A DNA stretch of 64,000 nucleotides. Origin: Candidatus Hydrogenedentota bacterium. Lineage in GTDB: Bacteria > Hydrogenedentota > Hydrogenedentia > Hydrogenedentales > SLHB01. The notes under the pieces were generated by a model. The model was not told the DNA's origin. It worked only from the letters and a program-made list of their open reading frames with translations, and searched no databases. Shown here piece after piece: positions 19,250 to 27,865 of the stretch. The first letter of the stretch is position 1, and every line of letters begins with the position of its first letter. Where the stretch lies: contig CAXXYE010000001.1 of assembly GCA_963674865.2 (NCBI GenBank), forward strand, positions 224,001-288,000, written 5' to 3'. Both the position numbers and the translations under genes were made by a program.

Positions 19250-21010
19250 CTAAGGGGCCAGCCACCGAGCGGCCCGCTGTTGCATCTGGGGCCGCTCATG
19301 GATGGGCGCAACTTCGATCAGGCCCCGCCACGCCTCCTCGTTGTAGGGCCAACGCAGTAGGCATTCTTCGAACCATTTCCGTGCAGCCGTTTCATCTCCC
19401 TGCGCCGCGGTTGCCAATCCAAGGCCCAGGTAGACCTCTCCTGTATCGAGGCCGCGAAGCGCCTCTTGGAACTGGTGTTCGGCCTCCTCATTTCGCCCAG
19501 CCACTAATAGGGCCATGCCGCATTCGTGATGGACGTAGGCGTGCGGCCAGCGATGCGCCAAGGCGCGCTCGTAGAGCGGCAGGGGATCGCCGCCTGCCAG
19601 GTGAACTGATTCGGCGGCGCGGAGGTGGAAACTTGGGAGCAAGACGGCCCAGGCTGAGAAGAACGCCACCAACAAGGTGCACGCCGGCAATCCGTACGCG
19701 GCGGCGCGCGGCCGGCGCGCGCCCTGCGCGGCCTCTTGTTCTTGTCCGGATTTACGTCGGGCGAGCAACGCCCCCGCGAATAGCGCCCCGTTGAGGGCGT
19801 GGGGCGCGCTATGAAACGGTGCATTGAACAGGGAGAATACGAACAGTGCGGCGAGCGGCCCCCACTCGGGCCCGCGGCAGCGCGCCAAGCGCAGGAGCAT
19901 CCAGAGCAAGAGGGCGGCTCCCACGGCGCCGGTTTCGGCCAGAAGTTCGAGTGGCGCGGCGTGGGCGTGAACGGCGTGCAGCTCGTTGTGGTAATGGCTG
20001 CCTCCCTCTTGTGCGTGGAGTGCCTCGCCGAGGTAGCGCGGACTCCAGTATGCGTAGTTGCCAAGCCCGTGCCCGAGAAGCGGCTTGTCGCAAATCATGC
20101 GGACGGTGCCGTCCCAAAACCACAGCCTGGCGCGGACGCCTTGATCTTCCGCCGACAGCGCTCGTGCTATCCGCGCTACCGTGGCCTCTGGGGCCGTGGC
20201 CGCCGCGATGATTCCCACGACGGCCAGTGTGCCCATCCAAACTCCCAGCCGCCTGAAGCGCAGGTGGCGGTAAGGAAAGGTCAGTGCGACACCGCATGCG
20301 GCCGCCAGCCATGCCGAGCGCGAGCCGGAGATCAGCAGGGCCGCGGCTACGGCGGCCAGTCCGGCCAATGATGCGAGAGGCGGTTGGGGGCTTTTCAAGA
20401 TGCGCCATGTAAAAAGGGGGAGCGCCATCGCCAGATAGCCGCCAAGCAGGTCCTGGTTGCCGAACACCGAGTACGCCCGCTGGTCATACCAAGCGAACTT
20501 GGGAAACAGGAAAGGCAAGAAGTTCCCGTACTGTCCCAGAGCCAGCAAAGAGCAGATGGCAGCCGACACAAGGAATGCGTTGGCAACGCGTTGCCTCCAC
20601 GGGGGATCTCCAAGGAGGTCGTACGCGAAGGCGGCCATGAGCAGGAGCATCGCAAGCCTGGCGACTTCCACGGCGAGGTCGGCTCTCACCGCAGCCGGCC
20701 ATAGCAAGCCGTGGCCGATGAGCTCGTATCCCAGGAGGAGCCACAGCGGCAGGAAAGCGGTGACTCCCCGCCAGGTGAACCGTCCTTGCACCGCGACAAG
20801 AGCGGCAACCGCGCACAGGCACGCCGCGAGCGCGGCCTCTTTGGCGATCAGAAACGATGTCAACCGGAAAGAGTAGGCCACGGCCGAGAGAAGGATGGCA
20901 ACGCAGATGGCATAGCCGCGCCACGTGTCGAGCCGGCCCGGCGCGGCCGCGTCGGCTATGTTCTCGCTCCAGGGCTGTGCGGGGCGGACTGCGTCCTGCG
21001 CTGGGCTCAT
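19250..21010 (-). CDS. O-antigen ligase / O-oligosaccharyltransferase (Wzy_C) with C-terminal TPR
   Basis: SVFGNQD, SGSRSAWLA, PLLGHGLGNY, HAH..LELLAETGAVG; many TM helices. Confidence 0.85.
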   Translation of the reverse strand: MSPAQDAVRPAQPWSENIADAAAPGRLDTWRGYAICVAILLSAVAYSFRLTSFLIAKEAALAACLCAVAALVAVQGRFTWRGVTAFLPLWLLLGYELIGHGLLWPAAVRADLAVEVARLAMLLLMAAFAYDLLGDPPWRQRVANAFLVSAAICSLLALGQYGNFLPFLFPKFAWYDQRAYSVFGNQDLLGGYLAMALPLFTWRILKSPQPPLASLAGLAAVAAALLISGSRSAWLAAACGVALTFPYRHLRFRRLGVWMGTLAVVGIIAAATAPEATVARIARALSAEDQGVRARLWFWDGTVRMICDKPLLGHGLGNYAYWSPRYLGEALHAQEGGSHYHNELHAVHAHAAPLELLAETGAVGAALLLWMLLRLARCRGPEWGPLAALFVFSLFNAPFHSAPHALNGALFAGALLARRKSGQEQEAAQGARRPRAAAYGLPACTLLVAFFSAWAVLLPSFHLRAAESVHLAGGDPLPLYERALAHRWPHAYVHHECGMALLVAGRNEEAEHQFQEALRGLDTGEVYLGLGLATAAQGDETAARKWFEECLLRWPYNEEAWRGLIEVAPIHERPQMQQRAARWLAP

Positions 21011-22362
21011 GATGCCTCCGCCAGCCGCTGCCGAAATAGGCCTGACAACGGATCGCCCGATGCTATCATGGCCTCAAGCATGGCGTGCCGCATCGCTTGT
21101 GCCTTTTCCCCGTATGCGGGGGTGTCGATCAGGTTGTGCACCGCACTGGGATCGGCCTCGAAATCGTACAATTCTTCCGGCGTTCTGTAAAGGAACAAGT
21201 CGACCCGGCCGGCGATGTCGGGGTCGTTCTTGGCGGCTCGCCCCATGGCAGCCATGGTTAGGCCCGACTGCGACTCGTTGATGAAGGCCGTCTTACCGTC
21301 AGGCCATGCGTTGAAAATGTAGCCAAAGCGGCGATCCTGGATACACCGCATGGGATACGAGCGCTTGGCCGCGGTTGTATTGAACACGGTGAACACCGAT
21401 TGGCGCTTGGCCTGCGTCTCGCCTTGAAGCAACGGCAAAAACGAGCGGCCGTCCAGTCCCTCGATGGCCGACAGGCCCAGCGCGTCAAGGATGGTGGGTG
21501 CGTAATCGATACCGGAGATGAAATGGGCCTTGTCCACTGTGCCGGGGCGCGTCTTGCCCGGCCAGCGGATGATCCACGGGGTGCGTGTGCTGGTGAGGTA
21601 GCAGTTCGTCTTGGCGAAGGGGAAGGCCATCCCATTGTCGCTCAAGAACATGACGAGGGTGTTGTCCGCGAGGCCGCTCTCCTCGAGCGCCCGGACCACC
21701 GCGCCCACGGTATCATCGCAGCGACGAACCGATGTGTAATACTGCGCGATCTCGCGTCGCACATCGGGCAGGTCGGGCAGGAAACCGGGGATTGGGACCT
21801 CCTCCGGGGCGTAGGTGTGGCTCACGGGGAAATGCGTCTCGAATTTGCGGAGCTCGTCATCGCTCCCCGCGAACGGCCGGTGCGGATCGTGGGAGTTGGC
21901 CATGAGGAAGAACGGCCTCCCTGACGCTCGGGCCTGCTCGATGAACGCCTTTGTCTCCTCGTAGTACCGGGCGGGCGCTCGGCCCTCGAGCAGCTCCTCG
22001 CGATGTACGGCCGTGTCCCAGCAGAACCTGTGGATGGGGGCGAGGTGTTCCGTCTTGCCGAGGATGCCGTTGAGATAGCCCGCGGCGGCCAGATGCTCTT
22101 GTAGGGTGGGCACGTCCTCGCTGATGGGGTCGAATCCCAGCGCTCCGTTGTTGTGCGGATACCTGCCCGTCATCAGGCACTGGCGTGAGGGCTGGCAAAC
22201 CGCGATGGTGACGTGGGCATGGACGAATCGCACCCCTTCGGACGCAAGTCGGTCGATGTGCGGTGTCACGCCCGGAACCGGGGAACCCGTCGCGCCCGGT
22301 GCGTCGTAGTTCATATCATCGGCGGTTATCAGCAGGACATTTGGGCGTGGCGTGCTCAACAT
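21007..22362 (-). CDS. Formylglycine-dependent sulfatase (sulfamidase-like)
   Basis: PNVLLITADD, CQPSR (CxPxR) motif, LMTGRYPH, SDNG; start reassigned to MLSTPRPN. Confidence 0.93.
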   Translation of the reverse strand: MLSTPRPNVLLITADDMNYDAPGATGSPVPGVTPHIDRLASEGVRFVHAHVTIAVCQPSRQCLMTGRYPHNNGALGFDPISEDVPTLQEHLAAAGYLNGILGKTEHLAPIHRFCWDTAVHREELLEGRAPARYYEETKAFIEQARASGRPFFLMANSHDPHRPFAGSDDELRKFETHFPVSHTYAPEEVPIPGFLPDLPDVRREIAQYYTSVRRCDDTVGAVVRALEESGLADNTLVMFLSDNGMAFPFAKTNCYLTSTRTPWIIRWPGKTRPGTVDKAHFISGIDYAPTILDALGLSAIEGLDGRSFLPLLQGETQAKRQSVFTVFNTTAAKRSYPMRCIQDRRFGYIFNAWPDGKTAFINESQSGLTMAAMGRAAKNDPDIAGRVDLFLYRTPEELYDFEADPSAVHNLIDTPAYGEKAQAMRHAMLEAMIASGDPLSGLFRQRLAEAS

Positions 22363-22459
22363 AGCATCTCCGTCACGGCGTCGCTGTTTCAGGCGTTGAG
22401 GAACCAGCCTCCGAGAGGGCCTCCTTAACTTCGGAAACCGCTCCGCCTGGCCGAGGGCG

Positions 22460-22537
22460 ATTATAGCAGCCCGGTGCGTGATATCGCGCTGTGCCGGCGC
22501 GAAGCACGCAGGCACGATGGCTTCCCTATGCTATCAT
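22460..22537. promoter_or_regulatory. Divergent extended -10 elements (sulfatase / HD gene)
   Basis: TGCTATAAT on minus strand at 22460-22468; TGCTATCAT on plus strand at 22529-22537. Confidence 0.45.
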
Positions 22538-22614
22538 CGCGGGGCGATGTAAAGGGCGAGGCGCTTACCAAATCGTCGGGCCTGGGCACGTTTCCGGGCA
22601 GTCTGGGAGGACGC

Positions 22615-23256
22615 ATGAGGGAGACAGAGCGACTCTCGGGGATGTCTGGTGGCCCGGAATGCCAAGGCATCACGGCTGCCGGGCGCCTCATGCTTGAGCA
22701 TGATCCTGAGCCTGAGCACGCCACGCAGGTGTGCAGAATCGCCCTTGAGTTGTTCGACGGGGCGCTCCGGCTTCACGGGCTGGCGTCTGAGCACCGGCGC
22801 CTTCTGACAGCCGCGGCCCTGTTGCACGACACCGGCTACTCCGTGGATCCTATGCGCCATCACAAAGGGTCCAGGGATATCATCCTCGCGAGCATTCTCC
22901 CCGGTTTCGCGAAGCAGGAACAGGCCATTATCGCCTGTGTTGCCCGCTACCACCGCAAGGCGCATCCGAAAGAGTCGCACAAGGTGTTCTGCGACCTGCC
23001 CCGCGGCCTGCAGGAGGTCGTACGGCGGCTGGCGGCGATTCTCCGTGTGGCGGACGGGCTGGACCGCTCGCATTGTGCGAGCGTATGCGCGGTGCGCGTC
23101 AGAACGACGAAGACTGAAATCCGCTTGCACGTTGGACAACGTCGCCCAAACGCAATGGATATCAACGGGGCCATGAAGAAGCGCCGGTTATTCGAGGAGG
23201 TCTTTGGCCGGCCTCTAGATATCGTCCCGGAGGTCCTGGGGGGCGGGGATGAGTGA
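22615..23256 (+). CDS. Stand-alone HD-domain protein resembling the C-terminus of Ppx/GppA exopolyphosphatases
   Basis: EHATQV, AALLHDTGY, HHK, ARYHRK, LRVADGLD, FEEVFG; GGAGG RBS before the ATG at 22615. Confidence 0.85.
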   Translation: MRETERLSGMSGGPECQGITAAGRLMLEHDPEPEHATQVCRIALELFDGALRLHGLASEHRRLLTAAALLHDTGYSVDPMRHHKGSRDIILASILPGFAKQEQAIIACVARYHRKAHPKESHKVFCDLPRGLQEVVRRLAAILRVADGLDRSHCASVCAVRVRTTKTEIRLHVGQRRPNAMDINGAMKKRRLFEEVFGRPLDIVPEVLGGGDE

Positions 23257-23284
23257 ACAACTCCTACGCGCGCTATCATGCTGC

Positions 23285-23315
23285 TTGACAGATTTGTGAA
23301 TAGGCATGTTATGAT
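23285..23315 (+). promoter_or_regulatory. Putative sigma70 promoter of the tmk-like pair and CHAD
   Basis: TTGACA...TGtTATGAT (extended -10; spacer is 19 bp) in an AT-rich gap. Confidence 0.45.
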
Positions 23316-23388
23316 CCTTTCTCGGCGCATAATTGTTGATTCGTAGAATTCATCCCCGCAATGGGCTGAAAGGCGGGAGCAAGAACTG

Positions 23389-24084
23389 ATGGCCGGTCTT
23401 CACAATTCTCACGACTACCCCGGCATGCTCATCGTTGTGGAAGGGGTCGACGGATCCGGCAAGAGCACCCAACTCGACCTCATGCGTTCCTGGCTCATGC
23501 AGGAGGGGTACGACGTGTTCTTCACCGAGTGGAACTCGTCGAAACTGGTGAAACGCACCACCAAACTTGGCAAGAAACGCCAGATCCTGACTCCCACCAC
23601 CTTCTCTCTTATTCATTGCACGGATTTCTCTGATCGGCTGGAGCGCAGCATTGTGCCGCCGCTCCAGGCGGGCATGATCGTGCTGGCCGACCGCTACGTC
23701 TACACCGCCTTCGCGCGGGATGTTGTACGTGGCGTGGATCGCGACTGGGTCCGCGACCTTTACAGTTTCGCCGTGAAGCCGGATATAGGCTTTTATTTCT
23801 CGGTGCCGCTTGAGGAGGCCATGCAGCGCATCTTCCGCGGGCGGCCGACGCTGAAGTTCTATGAGGCGGGGATGGACCTCAACATGAGCCGCGATCCCGC
23901 GGAGAGCTTCATCAAGTTCCAGAAGATGATTATTGAGGAGTATCAGCGCCTTGTAGAAGAATATGGCCTTGTCGTCGTGCATGGCGACCATCCGATCGAA
24001 AGGCAGCAGCGGCGGATCCGGCGGATTGTGCGAGAGCGGATTGAGGCTAAGGGGATGCGGCCCACGGGGAGTAAGAAGCGATGA
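23389..24084 (+). CDS. Thymidylate-kinase-like P-loop kinase 1
   Basis: EGVDGSGKSTQ P-loop and ADRY motif; TEWNSS in place of canonical REPGG. Confidence 0.88.
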   Translation: MAGLHNSHDYPGMLIVVEGVDGSGKSTQLDLMRSWLMQEGYDVFFTEWNSSKLVKRTTKLGKKRQILTPTTFSLIHCTDFSDRLERSIVPPLQAGMIVLADRYVYTAFARDVVRGVDRDWVRDLYSFAVKPDIGFYFSVPLEEAMQRIFRGRPTLKFYEAGMDLNMSRDPAESFIKFQKMIIEEYQRLVEEYGLVVVHGDHPIERQQRRIRRIVRERIEAKGMRPTGSKKR

Positions 24085-24824
24085 AAGCCACCTTCTTCGG
24101 TGCCGGTATTCCCAGCCTCGTAGACACCGACTTGCGGGGCAAGCTCATCGTCCTTGAGGGGCCGGATTGCGTTGGCCGAAGCACACAGACGAGGCTGCTC
24201 CAGGGCTGGTTGGAGCGCATGGGCTATGGCGTTGCCACCACGTCTTTGTGCCGTTCCGAGTTGGCGGAGCCGGGACTTCAGCGGGCCAAGCGGGGCACCC
24301 AGATTCGCCGTCGAACGTTGGCCTTGTTCTATGCGACGGATTTGGCGGACAGGCTCGAGCGTCAGATTCTCCCTGCACTGCAAAGCGGGTTTGTTGTCCT
24401 TTCGGACCGCTACGTTTACACAATTTTCGCCCGCTACGCCGTGCGCGGCGTGGATCCCGACTGGCTGCGAAAAGCGTACGGCTTTGCCCTTGCGCCTCAT
24501 CTCACGCTCTATCTTGACCTCAACCTGGAGGCTTTGGCCGAACGTGCGTTGAAGGCCGAGAAGCTGGGATTCTGGGAATGCGGGATGGACCTCAACCTTG
24601 GCGACAACCTGTACGACAGCTTCATTGCTTATCAGAAGCGGATGCTGCGGCAGTTCTCGAAGATGGTTAAGGAGTTTGACTTAGCGCGTGTGAGCGCCCA
24701 GGGGTCGATCCAAACGGTGCAGCGGCGTTTGCGGCGGAAGGTTAACGCCTTACTCGATCTCAAGGAGACCGAAATCGACAATGGCAGTCCGTTAGGGCCT
24801 ACGATCGAAGGAATGGAGGACTGA
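24081..24824 (+). CDS. Thymidylate-kinase-like protein 2 (altered P-loop)
   Basis: EGPDCVGRSTQ, SDRY; ATGA overlap with paralog 1. Confidence 0.85.
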   Translation: MKATFFGAGIPSLVDTDLRGKLIVLEGPDCVGRSTQTRLLQGWLERMGYGVATTSLCRSELAEPGLQRAKRGTQIRRRTLALFYATDLADRLERQILPALQSGFVVLSDRYVYTIFARYAVRGVDPDWLRKAYGFALAPHLTLYLDLNLEALAERALKAEKLGFWECGMDLNLGDNLYDSFIAYQKRMLRQFSKMVKEFDLARVSAQGSIQTVQRRLRRKVNALLDLKETEIDNGSPLGPTIEGMED

Positions 24825-24841
24825 ACGCGAGGGGGGCAGCG

Positions 24842-25759
24842 TTGGGCAAGAAGTGCAACTTGGCTCGAGAAGAGGCCCGGAACCTGCTTAAGTCACAGGT
24901 ACGGACGCTTCGATGCCAGGTCGCGCCTGTCCGCCGGGGGAGTCCTGAGGGCATTCATGACATGCGCGTGGCCTCGCGCCGTCTAAGGGCGGGGTTGGCC
25001 GAGCACGGCCCGATGTTCGACAAGGAACGCTGCAAGCGCTTCCGCAAACACGTACGCCGAGTGACCCGCAAGCTTGGGAAGGCCCGCGAACTCGACGTCA
25101 GCATCGCCCTTGCCTTGGAATACCGTGAGAGCCTACACGGCCCGATGCGCTTCGCTCTCAATCACGTGCTGCGGCGGCTGCGAAAGGCGCGACAATCTGA
25201 AGCGGACAGCATCCGCGCTGCGCTGGCGGCCGTGGAAAGCCGGGATTTCGGCAGGGACCTCTTGCCCCTTTTCGAGAGTGTAGCATCGCCTAGCCGATGC
25301 TACGTCGCCATAGCCTCCCGGGGCCTGGACAAGCGCTTAAGGGCCCTTGTGGCGGCTCATCGGGAATGGGTGAAGTCGCGTTCGGACGCCGACCTGCACG
25401 TCCTCCGCATCCGCCTCAAGAAGCTGCGCTACGCCTGTGAAATCTATCAGCCTCTCTACGGTCCAGACATGGAGGACGTAATCCTGCGTGCCAAGACGAG
25501 CCAGGAAGTGCTCGGCAAATGGAATGATTGGCGCACGCTTTTCGCTTACGCCCGTAATTCGGCCGCGAAGGCGCCGCCGAAGGCACGTGAGGGAATGCCC
25601 AGCCTTTGTAGAGTTCTCGAGCGGGAGGTGGCCGCGTCGCTGGCAGCCGTTGAGCCCGTGGTTTGCCGGCTTCTATCCGTGTCCGCGCGCCGGCGAGCGG
25701 CGCTCCTGTTGCGCAGTCCCGAGAGAACCTGTCAGTACTGCCAAGGGTCTCGAAACTGA
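24842..25759 (+). CDS. CHAD domain protein
   Basis: IHDMRVASRRLR, LG.ARELDV, LHVLRIRLKKLRY, QEVLGKWND. Confidence 0.92.
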   Translation: MGKKCNLAREEARNLLKSQVRTLRCQVAPVRRGSPEGIHDMRVASRRLRAGLAEHGPMFDKERCKRFRKHVRRVTRKLGKARELDVSIALALEYRESLHGPMRFALNHVLRRLRKARQSEADSIRAALAAVESRDFGRDLLPLFESVASPSRCYVAIASRGLDKRLRALVAAHREWVKSRSDADLHVLRIRLKKLRYACEIYQPLYGPDMEDVILRAKTSQEVLGKWNDWRTLFAYARNSAAKAPPKAREGMPSLCRVLEREVAASLAAVEPVVCRLLSVSARRRAALLLRSPERTCQYCQGSRN

Positions 25760-25894
25760 CGGGCGCGGACGGGGTCGTCCCGGGAATTCGCGCTTCCATG
25801 GATCTTGTCTCATACTACCCGTCCCATGTAATGCGCTGTGCGAAAAGGACTTAGCAAATAGGTTCTCGCCCTTGTCGCCAAGAAGATTATTTTC

Positions 25895-25923
25895 TTGACA
25901 TGCCTTTGTGATTGTGCTATAAG
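25895..25923 (+). promoter_or_regulatory. Near-consensus sigma70 promoter
   Basis: TTGACA-17 bp-TATAAG with TG extension. Confidence 0.75.
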
Positions 25924-26087
25924 CTCGCCCGTTTGCCTTGCCCGTGTTCCTCGCCAGGCTCCGCAGTGAGACGCTGCAGGCGACGGATAGGCGGCCGGGT
26001 CTTGCGGTGTTGTGGCAGGAGGTCGGCGAAAAGCGCGGGCGGACAAGTGGTAGCCTACGATATGCAGAAAGGAGGTGAATGTTAGCC

Positions 26088-26222
26088 ATGCAGTGTCCGT
26101 TGTGCAATGAACACATCGAGCCGGATGAACTTGAGTTCGGCGATATCCAAGAGATAGAAGGGGAGTACTGGCATGCGGAGTGCTTCTCCGAGTACTTCGA
26201 AGAGGTCCTCGAAGTAGCCTAG
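26088..26222 (+). CDS. 44-aa acidic zinc-finger microprotein (LIM-like first finger)
   Basis: AAAGGAGGTGA SD at 26068-26078; MQCPLCNEHIEPDELEFGDIQEIEGEYWHAECFSEYFEEVLEVA; own promoter and terminator. Confidence 0.85.
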   Translation: MQCPLCNEHIEPDELEFGDIQEIEGEYWHAECFSEYFEEVLEVA

Positions 26223-26260
26223 CAACCGCCGAAAGGCCGCACATGGTGCGGTCAAGTGTC

Positions 26261-26295
26261 ACCTCGGGCAGTGAGTAAGCTGCCGGGGGTTTTTT
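26261..26295 (+). terminator. Rho-independent terminator of the microprotein transcript
   Basis: ACCTCGGGCAG/CTGCCGGGGGT imperfect stem followed by a T run. Confidence 0.7.
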
Positions 26296-26623
26296 CATGT
26301 TTTTTGGGGGAACCGAGACTGAATTCAGCGGATAATAGTCTTACCGGTGACTGAGCACGTAACGATGGGTTGCCGCTGTCGCACGATTCAGGCTATACAC
26401 TGTTCGTCATTCGTGATAGAATACGCGCGGCGTGATGTGGCGGGGCCGGATTTACACCTTTTTCCGGCCTTTTTCGGTACATTGGGAGAGAATGTGCCGT
26501 TGCCCCCGGCGGAGGGAGGTATTCCCCCTCAGTATGTCGCGCTTCAGGGCAGTTCAGGATACGTGCATTCCCGTTGGCACGGGACTATGGTTGACGGATA
26601 ACAAGGAGACCAAGGGCGGAATC

Positions 26624-27574
26624 ATGGCAAAGATGGATTCGAGCCTCCCGTTCGAACGTAGGATTATCGAACTCGAGGGACTGGTGGCCAATGCGTCCTC
26701 CGATAAGGAACGGCGTGAACTCCAGGCCGAACTCGATCAGGAGCGTGAAACCGTCTTCGCCAATCTGACGGCGTGGCAAAGAGTTCTTCTTGCCCGCCAC
26801 CCCCTCCGGCCTCGAATGCTCGACTATACCTCCCGTATCCTGGACGATTTCATAGAGTTACATGGAGACCGTGCCGTCGGCGACGACCCGGCGCTGGTGG
26901 CGGGCATTGGCCGTTTCCAAGGCCAGAGCCTGGTGGTGGTCGGCCAGCAAAAGGGCGTTACCACGGAGGAGAAGGTCCAGCGCAATTTCGGTATGGCCCA
27001 TCCGGAGGGATATCGTAAGGCGTTGCGCCTGTTCCATATGGCTGAGCGCCTGAACATGCCCGTCGTCACTCTAGTGGATACGCCCGCAGCCCACCCAGGC
27101 GTCGAGGCCGAGCGCCACGGACAGGGGCCCCTGATTGCGCAGAGTCTTCTGGAATGCAGCGGCCTGAAAGCGCCCGTGTTCGTGGCCATCCTTAGCGAAG
27201 GCGGCAGCGGAGGCGCGCTGGCCATTGCATTGGGTGATTGGGTCGCTATGCTGGAATATGCCATCTACGTAATTTGCCCGCCGGAGCGGTGCGCCGAGAT
27301 TCTTTGGCGGGATGTAGATAAGAGGGAGGTCGCGGCCACAGCCCTGAGGGTGACCGCGAAAGACCTTCTGGATTTGGGTACGATCGACGCGATCATACCG
27401 GAGCCGCCCGGGGGGGCTCATAGAGATCCAGACAGCGCGGCGGGCGTCATAGCCGAGGAACTCGAACGCTTCTTGGCGGAATGGAAGAAGGGGAAGTGGA
27501 CGTTAGCCCGGCGCCGACAGCGCTACCGCCGTATGGGTATGTATCGTGAATTGCCGGCCAAGGCCGCCGATTGA
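26624..27574 (+). CDS. accA: Acetyl-CoA carboxylase carboxyltransferase alpha subunit
   Basis: LTAWQRV..ARHP.RP, ELHGDR, RNFGMAHPEGYRKALR, DTP, EGGSGGA; start at MAKMD. Confidence 0.95.
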   Translation: MAKMDSSLPFERRIIELEGLVANASSDKERRELQAELDQERETVFANLTAWQRVLLARHPLRPRMLDYTSRILDDFIELHGDRAVGDDPALVAGIGRFQGQSLVVVGQQKGVTTEEKVQRNFGMAHPEGYRKALRLFHMAERLNMPVVTLVDTPAAHPGVEAERHGQGPLIAQSLLECSGLKAPVFVAILSEGGSGGALAIALGDWVAMLEYAIYVICPPERCAEILWRDVDKREVAATALRVTAKDLLDLGTIDAIIPEPPGGAHRDPDSAAGVIAEELERFLAEWKKGKWTLARRRQRYRRMGMYRELPAKAAD

Positions 27575-27860
27575 AGACCGGTCTGGGGAAGTCCTGCTGC
27601 GCATCAGGGTGCAGCCCAGGGCGTCGCGAAATGCCATTCGCGTTGAGCCCGACGGCCCGATTCGCGTTGCCGTGACGGCCCCGGCGGCAGAAGGCGCCGC
27701 CAATCTGGCTGTCACCGACTACGTGGCCAAGGTGCTGGGGCTGCCCAGACGGGCTGTGACGCTGGTGAGCGGCGAGAAGGCGCGGAATAAGACGCTCCGA
27801 GTGTCGGGCGTCGCCGCTGCGGAAATTCGGACTAAACTTGCGGGGCTCAAGAGCAGTTAG
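27546..27860 (+). CDS. yggU: DUF167/YggU family protein
   Basis: RVQPRASRN, VTAP..EGAAN, LVSGEKARNK. Confidence 0.88.
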   Translation: MNCRPRPPIEDRSGEVLLRIRVQPRASRNAIRVEPDGPIRVAVTAPAAEGAANLAVTDYVAKVLGLPRRAVTLVSGEKARNKTLRVSGVAAAEIRTKLAGLKSS

Positions 27861-27865
27861 AGGAG

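Noticed and set aside
25930..26295. About 365-nt transcript as tmRNA, RNase P RNA or SRP RNA
   Set aside because: No tRNA-like GGGG.../TTCGA...CCA ends, no GAGGAAAGTCC, no SRP helix-8 motif; the ORF has its own SD and ATG
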